Shown here piece after piece: positions 44,087-51,320 of a stretch of 57,394 nucleotides of DNA (within the stretch, counting starts at the first letter, position 1; every line of letters begins with the position of its first letter). The position numbers and the translations under genes were made by a program. Source of the DNA: a virus. The notes under the pieces were generated by a model that saw nothing but the letters and a program-made list of their open reading frames with translations, had not been told where the DNA came from and made no database searches. The stretch covers positions 1 to 57,394 of IMG/VR virus record IMGVR_UViG_3300017909_002551. The stretch is one strand, 5' to 3'.

Positions 44087-45959
44087 AGGGTTATCGGTCA
44101 TACCGATACACGCAGAAACGAAGCGTCCCGCTATCAAGTGGCGCGATTACCAAAGTCGGTTGCCGACCGAAGAAGAAGTTACCAACTGGTTCACAACGTG
44201 GCCCGAAGCGAACATCGCTGTCGTCACTGGAGAAGTATCAGGCGTCGTCATTGTTGACTGCGATAATGATGCTGCGTTCAATGCGGCGCTTAGCTGCGGA
44301 ATGCGCTCGCCCATCGTCGTATCGACCAAGAGAGGTTGCCACCTTTGGTTCAAGCATCCTCGCGATGGGAAGAGACGGGGCCCGAGAGCTGGGAATAATT
44401 CCACTGGTACGGACTGGCCAAGAACGTCGGGCTTGGACTTCCGAGGTGACGGTAGCTACGCGCTTCTACCGCCTAGTAAGGGCTATAGATGGAAAGTCCC
44501 AGGAGACCTAGACCGATACGATGACATGCCAGTTTGGAAAGACTGGTCGGGCGCAAGCCTGCTTCCTAAAACCATTTCTGAATTTGTCTTTGAAGACCTC
44601 AACCTGTCTGACATTCGCTTTGACCCATCCACTCTACTTACAGAATGGGAGCGCACTGAGGCTTTTATAAAGGCCAATGATTTTCCGCATGGTAAAATAC
44701 CTTCTGGTCAAGGTAACGCAAGGAATGACAGGGTCATGCGTTACGCCAGCGAAAGTGTGTTGACTGGCGCTTTCGGCCCCGACCTAAGGGTGCGGTGCCG
44801 CGCGTTTATGGACCACTTCTTTGTCGACCATCTCGCGGATAAAGAGTTTGAAGACACACTTGCCAGCGTGGAGCGTATGGAGAGGTCGAACCACCCAGAG
44901 CGCTTCGACCCCAACACTGGGGAGTACATATACAAGAGGCCAGACATTGAAGTCTTTGAGGGTGAACGGCGGGAGCGCAAGCTGATTACTGTCGGTGACA
45001 GTGATGACCTAATCGAGTCTGGTAAAAATCGGCAGTACTTCGTAGAGCCTTGGTTGCGACCTCAGACAATCATACAAATCCATGGGTACTCAGGCTCGGG
45101 CAAGACCATGTTCTTGCAACACGCCCTGTATTCCATGTGTGCTGGCCAGCGGAGCTTCGGCCCGTTTGAAATATATAAGCCCGCTAAGGTTTTGTATTTT
45201 GATTTTGAGCTATCACAAGGAGACCTCGGTCGTCGTCTGTCTGACCTTCGTAATATGTACGGCGACGCAGAAGACCGCTTCTCGGTATGGACACCGTGGT
45301 TAGAAGACAAGGAAATTAACATGCGCTCACCAGAGGGTCTGCGTGAGATGCAGGGCTGGGTAGAATACTTCCGGCCAGACGTGGTTGTTTTCGATACGAT
45401 ACGCACAGCCTGGTCTGGCATGTCGGAGAATAGCGCCGAAGAGTGGGCCGACATCAACCGTCTGGCGCTTCGTCTACGCAACGCTGGAATGTCTGTCATA
45501 ATGCTGCACCACTCAAACAAGCCAGGTGACGATGGTCTTGGGCGCGAGGCTGGGTCTACCAACCAGCTTACAGTTCTGGAAACCCAGATACGCATCGCCC
45601 AGATATACCGAGATGAAGAGACTGCGAAACAAAAGGCGGGCATGTGGGACGGTAACTATGACCGTTCACCAATGGACTTGCTACAACGCAAGCTGGACGA
45701 CGACTGGTATGTGTCCATGGCGATGGAAGTCAGGTACGGAAAGGTTCGCGAATGGACTGACGTCCATGACCCAATACAATTCATCGGCTGGGCTCAGCAC
45801 AAAGTAAGTGGCGAGAAGAAATTGGTCAGTAGCTTTAGTACAAAACGCCGAGCGAAAGAGCTCGCCCTCACTGGAAAGCAACCCATCGAGATAGCTCAGG
45901 AGCTTGTAAAGCCTCTCGATGTTGTTAACTCGTGGCTCGGGATAGGCGAAGATGTATGA
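44040..45959 (+). CDS. Bifunctional primase-polymerase (PrimPol) / RecA-fold helicase (639 aa)
   Basis: The N-terminus LSVIPIHAETKRPAIKWRDYQ...IAVVTGEVSGVVIVDCDND is PrimPol-like. The C-terminal half has Walker A GYSGSGKT and Walker B VVVFDTIR, of the RepA/DnaB-like (AAA_25) type. Confidence 0.8.
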   Translation: MNSDTTLNAALEYLDEGLSVIPIHAETKRPAIKWRDYQSRLPTEEEVTNWFTTWPEANIAVVTGEVSGVVIVDCDNDAAFNAALSCGMRSPIVVSTKRGCHLWFKHPRDGKRRGPRAGNNSTGTDWPRTSGLDFRGDGSYALLPPSKGYRWKVPGDLDRYDDMPVWKDWSGASLLPKTISEFVFEDLNLSDIRFDPSTLLTEWERTEAFIKANDFPHGKIPSGQGNARNDRVMRYASESVLTGAFGPDLRVRCRAFMDHFFVDHLADKEFEDTLASVERMERSNHPERFDPNTGEYIYKRPDIEVFEGERRERKLITVGDSDDLIESGKNRQYFVEPWLRPQTIIQIHGYSGSGKTMFLQHALYSMCAGQRSFGPFEIYKPAKVLYFDFELSQGDLGRRLSDLRNMYGDAEDRFSVWTPWLEDKEINMRSPEGLREMQGWVEYFRPDVVVFDTIRTAWSGMSENSAEEWADINRLALRLRNAGMSVIMLHHSNKPGDDGLGREAGSTNQLTVLETQIRIAQIYRDEETAKQKAGMWDGNYDRSPMDLLQRKLDDDWYVSMAMEVRYGKVREWTDVHDPIQFIGWAQHKVSGEKKLVSSFSTKRRAKELALTGKQPIEIAQELVKPLDVVNSWLGIGEDV

Positions 45960-46470
45960 GATAATAGACAACGCTTACTCTGCTCGTGACAGAGATGACA
46001 TGTTTGAGTTTGTGCGTAATAGCAAATACAGAATTGGGTGGGCTGACAGAAATTTTAATGACGTAAACGGGCAGCGTCGAATTATGTATAGCCCCTTTAC
46101 GTTAGACGAAGTTGAAGACATGGGGGTTTTGCGCTTGCACAACAGCCCACGTATTGACGAGCTCGTTCGGGGGAGAACCCCAACTCAGAACATCATCAAT
46201 CTGGCCGAACCCTCAAACGTCTTTTGCCCCCATACTCACGGAGACCTAGACACTCTGTTGTATTATTGCAACACGCGATGGGCACCTGAGTGGGCTGGAG
46301 AAACAATCATATATTCTGAGCATGATTACGAAGCTGAACATGCTGTGTCCTTCAAGCCTGGTCGAGTGCTGTGGCTAAACGCAGGCGTCATGCACAGTGT
46401 GCGTCCCCCAAGTCAGGCGGCTCCTGATTACAGGTTTACGTTTGCTGCGTTCTTTTCGACGCAGGACTAG
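45952..46470 (+). CDS. 2OG-Fe(II) oxygenase-like protein (172 aa)
   Basis: CPHTHGDLDTLLYYCN (HxD), GETIIY, GRVLWLNAGVMHSVRPP (distal His) and RFTFAAFF (Arg). Confidence 0.55.
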   Translation: MYEIIDNAYSARDRDDMFEFVRNSKYRIGWADRNFNDVNGQRRIMYSPFTLDEVEDMGVLRLHNSPRIDELVRGRTPTQNIINLAEPSNVFCPHTHGDLDTLLYYCNTRWAPEWAGETIIYSEHDYEAEHAVSFKPGRVLWLNAGVMHSVRPPSQAAPDYRFTFAAFFSTQD

Positions 46471-46543
46471 GCTGTTATCAAGGCAGAGCAGATAACCGAC
46501 CAACACAGAAAACTTCCAACGTACACGGATATCGCCAGCCAGT

Positions 46544-46720
46544 TTACTGTCTGCGTGGACCTATGTAGGTCACTTTTGCGTCGGGAAAGTGCTCTCTTAG
46601 CTTTTCGACTGCTGATTTTAAGTCGGGTTCTTGTTCGGCCCACTTGCGGGCCAACTCGTTCCATTCTTCGGTTGAGTATTTGCATCGTTCATTCACGTCC
46701 ATTGGCGGTAACTTGCTCAT
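46544..46720 (-). CDS. Hypothetical protein (58 aa)
   Basis: The ATG at 46720 overlaps the TGA of the RuvC-like gene (ATGA). Confidence 0.4.
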   Translation of the reverse strand: MSKLPPMDVNERCKYSTEEWNELARKWAEQEPDLKSAVEKLREHFPDAKVTYIGPRRQ

Positions 46721-47166
46721 GCGTGAGCCTCTGCATAGGCACATAGGAGCATCGCATCAGCGTGGTTGTCGTCTTGTGGTTCGAGCCCCCAAAGGGCGTT
46801 GGCGGCGTCTACCATCTCTTGTTTAGTTGCTTTGCCAGAACCTGTCGCCCACTTCTTCAAAGTTGGGACTGCGACATTTTCAAAAGGTATGACGTGCTCA
46901 AAAGCTATGGCTCTTGCCTGCCAATGGAGACCCAGAAGTATCATGCGAGCGGCTCCAAGAAGGCGGTTGGGAGGCAACTCGCAGACGATTTTGTCTGTTG
47001 GGCACTGCTGTAAAAGCTCACGAAGCTCGTAATTAAAACGATGCCCCATCAAGCCCCAGTCTTTTTGCTTGTTACGGAGGTCAATCACACCGCCATTCCC
47101 ATTTGAGTGGGCCCACCCAGTTTTGGAGGCAAGGTCTAGCGCCAGGAATTGCGTCTGTGACGACAT
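46717..47166 (-). CDS. ruvC: RuvC-like Holliday junction resolvase (149 aa)
   Basis: FLALDLASKTGWA (first catalytic Asp), VCELPP and QDDNHADAMLLCAY (C-terminal acidic/His motif). Confidence 0.65.
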   Translation of the reverse strand: MSSQTQFLALDLASKTGWAHSNGNGGVIDLRNKQKDWGLMGHRFNYELRELLQQCPTDKIVCELPPNRLLGAARMILLGLHWQARAIAFEHVIPFENVAVPTLKKWATGSGKATKQEMVDAANALWGLEPQDDNHADAMLLCAYAEAHA

Positions 47167-47283
47167 TAGAGATTAAAACTTTCATTAAAAAGTAATGCGA
47201 CCTGGGCGGAGCCCAAAGGTCGCTCATTAATTAATTTCAATAACTCAACGTCACAGACGTTAAGTATCATATTCGTGAGCTTA

Positions 47284-47310
47284 TGTCAACTTTGCACACC
47301 GAAAGGTGTT
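47284..47310. promoter_or_regulatory. TGTCAAC plus CACACC-GAAA-GGTGTT palindrome
   Basis: Same half-site family as 43786-43803 and 2808-2900. Located in the divergent region upstream of the 47371 gene. Confidence 0.4.
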
Positions 47311-47370
47311 GCATGTGTCGCCAAATCGCGACATCCTGCCTTCATTGAACAACTAAAGAGGAGGTTGGCC

Positions 47371-47667
47371 TTGCCAAAAGTCGTCCAAGTCACGGACGAC
47401 AATATGGATTGGCTCCGAGAAAACCACACTAATGTGACCCTTACTGAAGCCGCAGACCGCATCGGTGTCTGTGTCGATACCCTTAAAAGAATACTCGTTC
47501 GCGAAGAACTCCGTGAGTTTGAAGGTGCTAAGTATGTTGTCGCCCGCAAAGAAACTGTAGAGACGTGGACTCGCGCCTGCATGGACTGCGGGTGCACAGA
47601 AGAGCGCCCAAAGAACTGGTACTACTGCAAGAAATGCAGGGCATCTCGCGGGTACGACGACGAATGA
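47371..47667 (+). CDS. HTH plus zinc-ribbon DNA-binding protein (about 98 aa; start uncertain)
   Basis: GAGGAGG 6 nt before the TTG at 47371 (alternative ATG at 47404). LTEAADRIGVCVDTLKRIL is HTH-like. CMDCGC...YYCKKC is a four-Cys motif. Confidence 0.5.
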   Translation: MPKVVQVTDDNMDWLRENHTNVTLTEAADRIGVCVDTLKRILVREELREFEGAKYVVARKETVETWTRACMDCGCTEERPKNWYYCKKCRASRGYDDE

Positions 47668-48023
47668 GTAGTCGAAAGGGCAACGATTACGAGACAGAGC
47701 TCTCTAAATTTCTCTCGGCAACCTTAGGTATAGACGTTAGCCGCACGCCGTTGAGCGGCGGCGGCTTCTCAGATGTTCAGATGGCCGACCTCATTGGCAC
47801 GCCGGACATCTGGGTAGAGGCCAAGAGGACGCAGAGGGCCGACGTCTACAGAGCTATGCAGCAGGCGGAGGAAGGCATCGCTGCCAGGAGCTGCCCAGAT
47901 GCAGCAGTCGTAATAACCAGAAAGAACAACGTCCCCACAAAAAACTCCCTTGTCGTCATGAGACTGGACGACTGGGTCGACCTCTACCGCGCATACTTAA
48001 CACTGACAGGAGTAATTAAATGA
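47664..48023 (+). CDS. Hjc-like PD-(D/E)XK nuclease / resolvase (119 aa)
   Basis: KGNDYETELSKFL...SRTPLSGGG...ADLIG...IWVEAKRT (D...ExK). ATGA coupling to the upstream gene. Confidence 0.5.
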   Translation: MSSRKGNDYETELSKFLSATLGIDVSRTPLSGGGFSDVQMADLIGTPDIWVEAKRTQRADVYRAMQQAEEGIAARSCPDAAVVITRKNNVPTKNSLVVMRLDDWVDLYRAYLTLTGVIK

Positions 48024-48274
48024 AAATCAATAATAGTTTTGAGACGCTCGAGGACATGCTGTCCGAGCTAAACAACGTCTCAGAGTCTGGCGGCATCGTC
48101 GAGAACGTCGTCCTCCTGGCTCGTGTCATTGATGACAACATGGAAGAGGAAGAGCGCCTGTTCCTTGGTTGGTCTCCAGATATTTTTGATGACCCGACCC
48201 GTGTCCTTGGCCACATCGAGCTCGTCAAGGCTCGCCTGTTCGACCTGATGTCTATTCGCCGCGAAGCCAACTAA
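48020..48274 (+). CDS. Hypothetical acidic protein (84 aa)
   Basis: ORF track. ATGA overlap with the upstream gene. Confidence 0.5.
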   Translation: MKINNSFETLEDMLSELNNVSESGGIVENVVLLARVIDDNMEEEERLFLGWSPDIFDDPTRVLGHIELVKARLFDLMSIRREAN

Positions 48275-48287
48275 GAAAGTCTATTCG

Positions 48288-48836
48288 TTGTCAGACGTGC
48301 GTTACTGTAAAGGTTGTCAGACGGAGCGGCCTCTGAGCGAGTTCAGAAAGCGCGGCGCGTCTGCGGGCAAAAGAGAAGGCCAACCCTACGGCAAGTGTTT
48401 CGACTGCACGCGCGTACAGGCTTACTCCGACAGGTTCAACACCGAAGACCCTGGGCCCTACCTGGTTCAGCTCACTGGCGTCCGTAGACGTAATCAAAAG
48501 CACATGTTTACGATTGACTCGGCCTACGTTGTGAACCTCTGGTTCAAACAAAAAGGTCTGTGTGCTCTCAGCGGACGAAAGATGACACACATCAGAGGTA
48601 ACGGTCGTGTAAAAACCAACGCGTCTCTCGACCGCATAGACAGCAAAAGACCCTATGAGCCTGGTAATGTGCAACTCGTCTGCGCAGTCACCAACTTTAT
48701 GAAACACGATATGACCGTCAAGGAAATGAAGGACTGGTGTGCCGCAGTACTGGCCTATCAGGACGACCAAAAGCGCTTCAGCATCTACTCTGTCTTTAAC
48801 AGATGGAGACAGAGATGGCAGCGAAAAGACGCGTAA
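48288..48836 (+). CDS. HNH-family (His-Me finger-like) endonuclease with N-terminal zinc ribbon (182 aa)
   Basis: YCKGCQ...GKCFDCTR, then ASLDRIDSKRPYEPGNVQLVCAVTNFMKHD. The usual first His is replaced by Arg. The start codon is non-ATG and uncertain. Confidence 0.45.
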   Translation: MSDVRYCKGCQTERPLSEFRKRGASAGKREGQPYGKCFDCTRVQAYSDRFNTEDPGPYLVQLTGVRRRNQKHMFTIDSAYVVNLWFKQKGLCALSGRKMTHIRGNGRVKTNASLDRIDSKRPYEPGNVQLVCAVTNFMKHDMTVKEMKDWCAAVLAYQDDQKRFSIYSVFNRWRQRWQRKDA

Positions 48837-49072
48837 CCAAGGTATGTAAAAACAGAGCCCTCAATAAACCCTTCCGCACACCAAAAGGACCCAAGAAGTC
48901 TGCGGTCTGCGTGAAAGACGGTAACTCTGTAAAGGTCGTTCGTTTTGGCGACAAGAACATGACAATCAAGAAGAACATCCCCGCAAGACGTAAGTCTTTT
49001 CGCGCGCGCCATAACTGCGCCAACCCTGGCCCTAAAACTAAAGCGAGGTATTGGTCATGCAAGGCTTGGTAA
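48815..49072 (+). CDS. Small basic conserved protein (85 aa)
   Basis: MAAKRRVTKV...KPFRTPKGPKKSAVCVKDGNSVKVVRFGDKNMTIKKNIPARRKSFRARHNCANPGPKTKARYWSCKAW. GGAGA RBS. Confidence 0.55.
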   Translation: MAAKRRVTKVCKNRALNKPFRTPKGPKKSAVCVKDGNSVKVVRFGDKNMTIKKNIPARRKSFRARHNCANPGPKTKARYWSCKAW

Positions 49073-49243
49073 TTTGTTTCGCTTGCTCGGAGAAACCCTG
49101 CAATAGGGAGACTTGTCCGTGCAAGTGCCACAAGGAGAAGGGCGATGACCCCAAGAATTAAGTCCGTGCGCCCGCTTGGGCGGCGCACTCGTACAGGGAA
49201 CATGAAACACAAGCCGTGTCCATGCACTGCAAAGCGAGGAAGC

Positions 49244-49417
49244 AATGGCCGCAAGTCGTAAGAAAAAATCTAAGTCCAAGAAGGACGCCTGTTACCACAA
49301 GGTCAAGTCAAGATATCGAGCATTCCCGAGCGCTTACGCGAGCGGCGCCTTGGTTAAGTGTAGACGTGTTGGAGCAAAAAATTGGGGCAACTCATCCAAG
49401 AAACGAAAGAAAGCCTA
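49244..49417 (+). CDS. Small basic conserved protein (57 aa), not in the ORF track
   Basis: Hand translation: MAASRKKKSKSKKDACYHKVKSRYRAFPSAYASGALVKCRRVGAKNWGNSSKKRKKA. GAGGAA RBS. Confidence 0.5.
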
Positions 49418-50137
49418 GACAAGGCCCTCGAGCTGGCTAACGAGCAGTTACCCAGCATACTCATGTCTGTTGGTCTTCTCTGCTCGGCGGTGGTCTTGTA
49501 TGAGCTATTCATCAAGCAGAACTGGGCTTTGTTGCTGTGGTACTTCTTTGGAACCATTCTAATGATGGTGTTGGCTTCGGCCTTCTACCATAGATACGTC
49601 TGCCACAAGACGTGGGAATGCCCCGAGTGGTTGCGCGTACCATTCATCCTAGTCTCTGGTGGTCTCGGGCTGGCCCCCGTTATTCAGTGGTGCGCCATAC
49701 ATCGTCAGCACCACGCCAACCCAGACGTTGCGGGCGACGCTCACGGCCCACAGTTCTCCATCTGGCACAACCTATCAGTCAGCTTCATACCTCCCAAGCT
49801 CATGTATGTAAGGGATTTGCTCAAGGACAGGCTGTATCAAGCCCAGTACAAATACTATTTACCTTTGTCTTTTGCGACGGCGGCAGCCTTTACGGCTGCC
49901 TTCGGTTTCGCTGAGTGGTGCTTCGTCTACGTCACCATGGTCGCCCACCAGGTAGCCAGCGTCTACACCGGACACCTGAAGTGGTTTCCAAAAAACCACC
50001 TCATCGCTGCAATATATTCTCCTGAAGTCTACCACTCGGAGCACCACCGGAACGCGCAGAACGCACGCCTTGGTCTCGTTGACATCCCGTTCTTTCTTCT
50101 CATCCAGTGGTTCCCGCACAAGGGGGGACGTGCCTGA
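49382..50137 (+). CDS. Membrane fatty-acid desaturase (Delta9 / DesC-like), compact 251 aa
   Basis: Three His boxes: HRYVCH, HRQHHANPD and HSEHHRN. Hydrophobic helices lie before box 1 and between boxes 2 and 3. TTG start with GGAG RBS (alternative ATG at 49463). Confidence 0.75.
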   Translation: MGQLIQETKESLDKALELANEQLPSILMSVGLLCSAVVLYELFIKQNWALLLWYFFGTILMMVLASAFYHRYVCHKTWECPEWLRVPFILVSGGLGLAPVIQWCAIHRQHHANPDVAGDAHGPQFSIWHNLSVSFIPPKLMYVRDLLKDRLYQAQYKYYLPLSFATAAAFTAAFGFAEWCFVYVTMVAHQVASVYTGHLKWFPKNHLIAAIYSPEVYHSEHHRNAQNARLGLVDIPFFLLIQWFPHKGGRA

Positions 50138-50580
50138 TGGACCCGCTTACCACAGCAGTCGGTGCCTTCGCCGCCATCAAGGCGGGTGTCAAGGCTGGCC
50201 GTGACATACAGGACTTGGCTGGTGAAGTCGGCAAGTTGTGGAGCGGCATCGACGAAGTAAAAAACAATTACCAAAAGGCCAAGAACAGCCCCTTCAGAAC
50301 AGTGGAAGAGGAGGCCATGGACGAATTTGTGGCGAAAAAACGTGCGGAAGACCTAGAGCACAACCTCCGTGAAATTGTTATCGCAACACGTGGGCACTCT
50401 GGCTGGCAGGAACTCATACGTTTGCGCGCCGACATCATGAAGAGGCGGAAGCAGGCAAAGATAGACGCCGCAAAAAAGAGAGACGAACTAATCGAGGCCG
50501 CTCTGTGGACGCTACTTGTAGTCGTGTTGCTGGCAGCTTTCGGGTTGTTTGGAGCGATAGCTTGGAAGGAAATGAAGTGA
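50137..50580 (+). CDS. Hypothetical protein with C-terminal TM anchor (147 aa)
   Basis: The ATG overlaps the desaturase TGA. C-terminus ALWTLLVVVLLAAFGLFGAIAW. Confidence 0.5.
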   Translation: MDPLTTAVGAFAAIKAGVKAGRDIQDLAGEVGKLWSGIDEVKNNYQKAKNSPFRTVEEEAMDEFVAKKRAEDLEHNLREIVIATRGHSGWQELIRLRADIMKRRKQAKIDAAKKRDELIEAALWTLLVVVLLAAFGLFGAIAWKEMK

Positions 50581-50804
50581 TGTCGGGACGACGAAAGACC
50601 AAGAAATCAAATAGTTTGAGAAAGTGGTTCGCACAAAACAACGGCAAAGGCTGGATAGACTGCAAAACTGGCAAGCCGTGCGGACGCAAAAAGGGTGAGA
50701 AACGTAAGGGTTATCCAGCATGTCGCCCAACAAAAGCACAGTGCACTTCTGCGGCGAGGAAGAAGACGGGGCCGAAGAGGATAAGCTGGAAGAGTGGAAG
50801 GTAG
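50580..50804 (+). CDS. Small basic Cys-containing protein (74 aa)
   Basis: MSGRRKTKKSNSLRKWFAQNNGKGWIDCKTGKPCGRKKGEKRKGYPACRPTKAQC... The ATG overlaps the upstream TGA. Confidence 0.5.
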   Translation: MSGRRKTKKSNSLRKWFAQNNGKGWIDCKTGKPCGRKKGEKRKGYPACRPTKAQCTSAARKKTGPKRISWKSGR

Positions 50805-50808
50805 AATC

Positions 50809-51195
50809 ATGTGGGGAACTATCGCGTCTAGCGTTTCATCCATTGCCTCTCAAGTACTCAAGAACCGCCAAATCAAGGCAGAAGCTAAGGCGAGAGTACA
50901 AGTGGCTAAAGTCGAGGCCGAAATTGCGCAAATCGAAAATGCGGCGAAGAATGTTGCCGACTACGATTTACAGGCGCTCAAGGAGACGCGCTATTCGTGG
51001 AAAGACGAGGTAGCCCTATGTGTCGTGCTCGCACCCTTCATAGGCAGTTTCCTGCCTTGGACGCAAGAATACGTCGCAATCGGGTGGCAACATCTGACAA
51101 CACACGCGCCTGATTGGTACGGTTGGATTTTTTGCGGGGCCGTGGCTGGAAGTATGGGAATCCGCTGGGCAGTGACTGGCTTCAAAAAAAAATGA
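50809..51195 (+). CDS. Holin-like membrane protein (128 aa)
   Basis: Amphipathic N-terminus followed by hydrophobic segments VALCVVLAPFIGSFLPW and WYGWIFCGAVAGSMGIRW. Lies upstream of the endolysin. It resembles the 3-TM GTA-type holin family as I recall it. Confidence 0.45.
   Translation: MWGTIASSVSSIASQVLKNRQIKAEAKARVQVAKVEAEIAQIENAAKNVADYDLQALKETRYSWKDEVALCVVLAPFIGSFLPWTQEYVAIGWQHLTTHAPDWYGWIFCGAVAGSMGIRWAVTGFKKK
51184..51192. repeat. A9 homopolymer at the holin-like / ArfA-like junction
   Basis: TTCAAAAAAAAATGACC encodes KKK-stop and contains the A of the next ATG. Confidence 0.9.
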
Positions 51196-51320
51196 CCAAG
51201 AGGCGGGAGCCAAACCCATACGCAAGGATGCTGGTCTCCCCCCTGTTCAGGATGGTGAAACGCCCGAGCGCCAAGACGTACAAGCGCAAGCCAAAACATC
51301 AGAAAGCAAACGACCAATGA
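51192..51320 (+). CDS. arfA: ArfA-like (alternative ribosome-rescue factor A-like) mini-protein (42 aa)
   Basis: MTKRREPNPYARMLVSPLFRMVKRPSAKTYKRKPKHQKANDQ, compared with E. coli ArfA as I recall it (...[28 protein letters not shown]...). ATGA coupling at both ends. Confidence 0.5.
   Translation: MTKRREPNPYARMLVSPLFRMVKRPSAKTYKRKPKHQKANDQ

Noticed and set aside
45062-45643. 193-aa minus-strand ORF inside the PrimPol-helicase gene
   Set aside because: It is antisense to a gene with clear Walker A/B and PrimPol motifs, and its composition is Ser/Arg/Pro-rich.
49216-49440. Listed 74-aa ORF (frame 1) overlapping the 57-aa basic protein
   Set aside because: The alternative frame starting at 49244 has a GAGGAA RBS and gives a conserved-looking Cys/Lys-rich protein. 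The listed frame gives an Arg/Pro/Thr-rich sequence with no signals.
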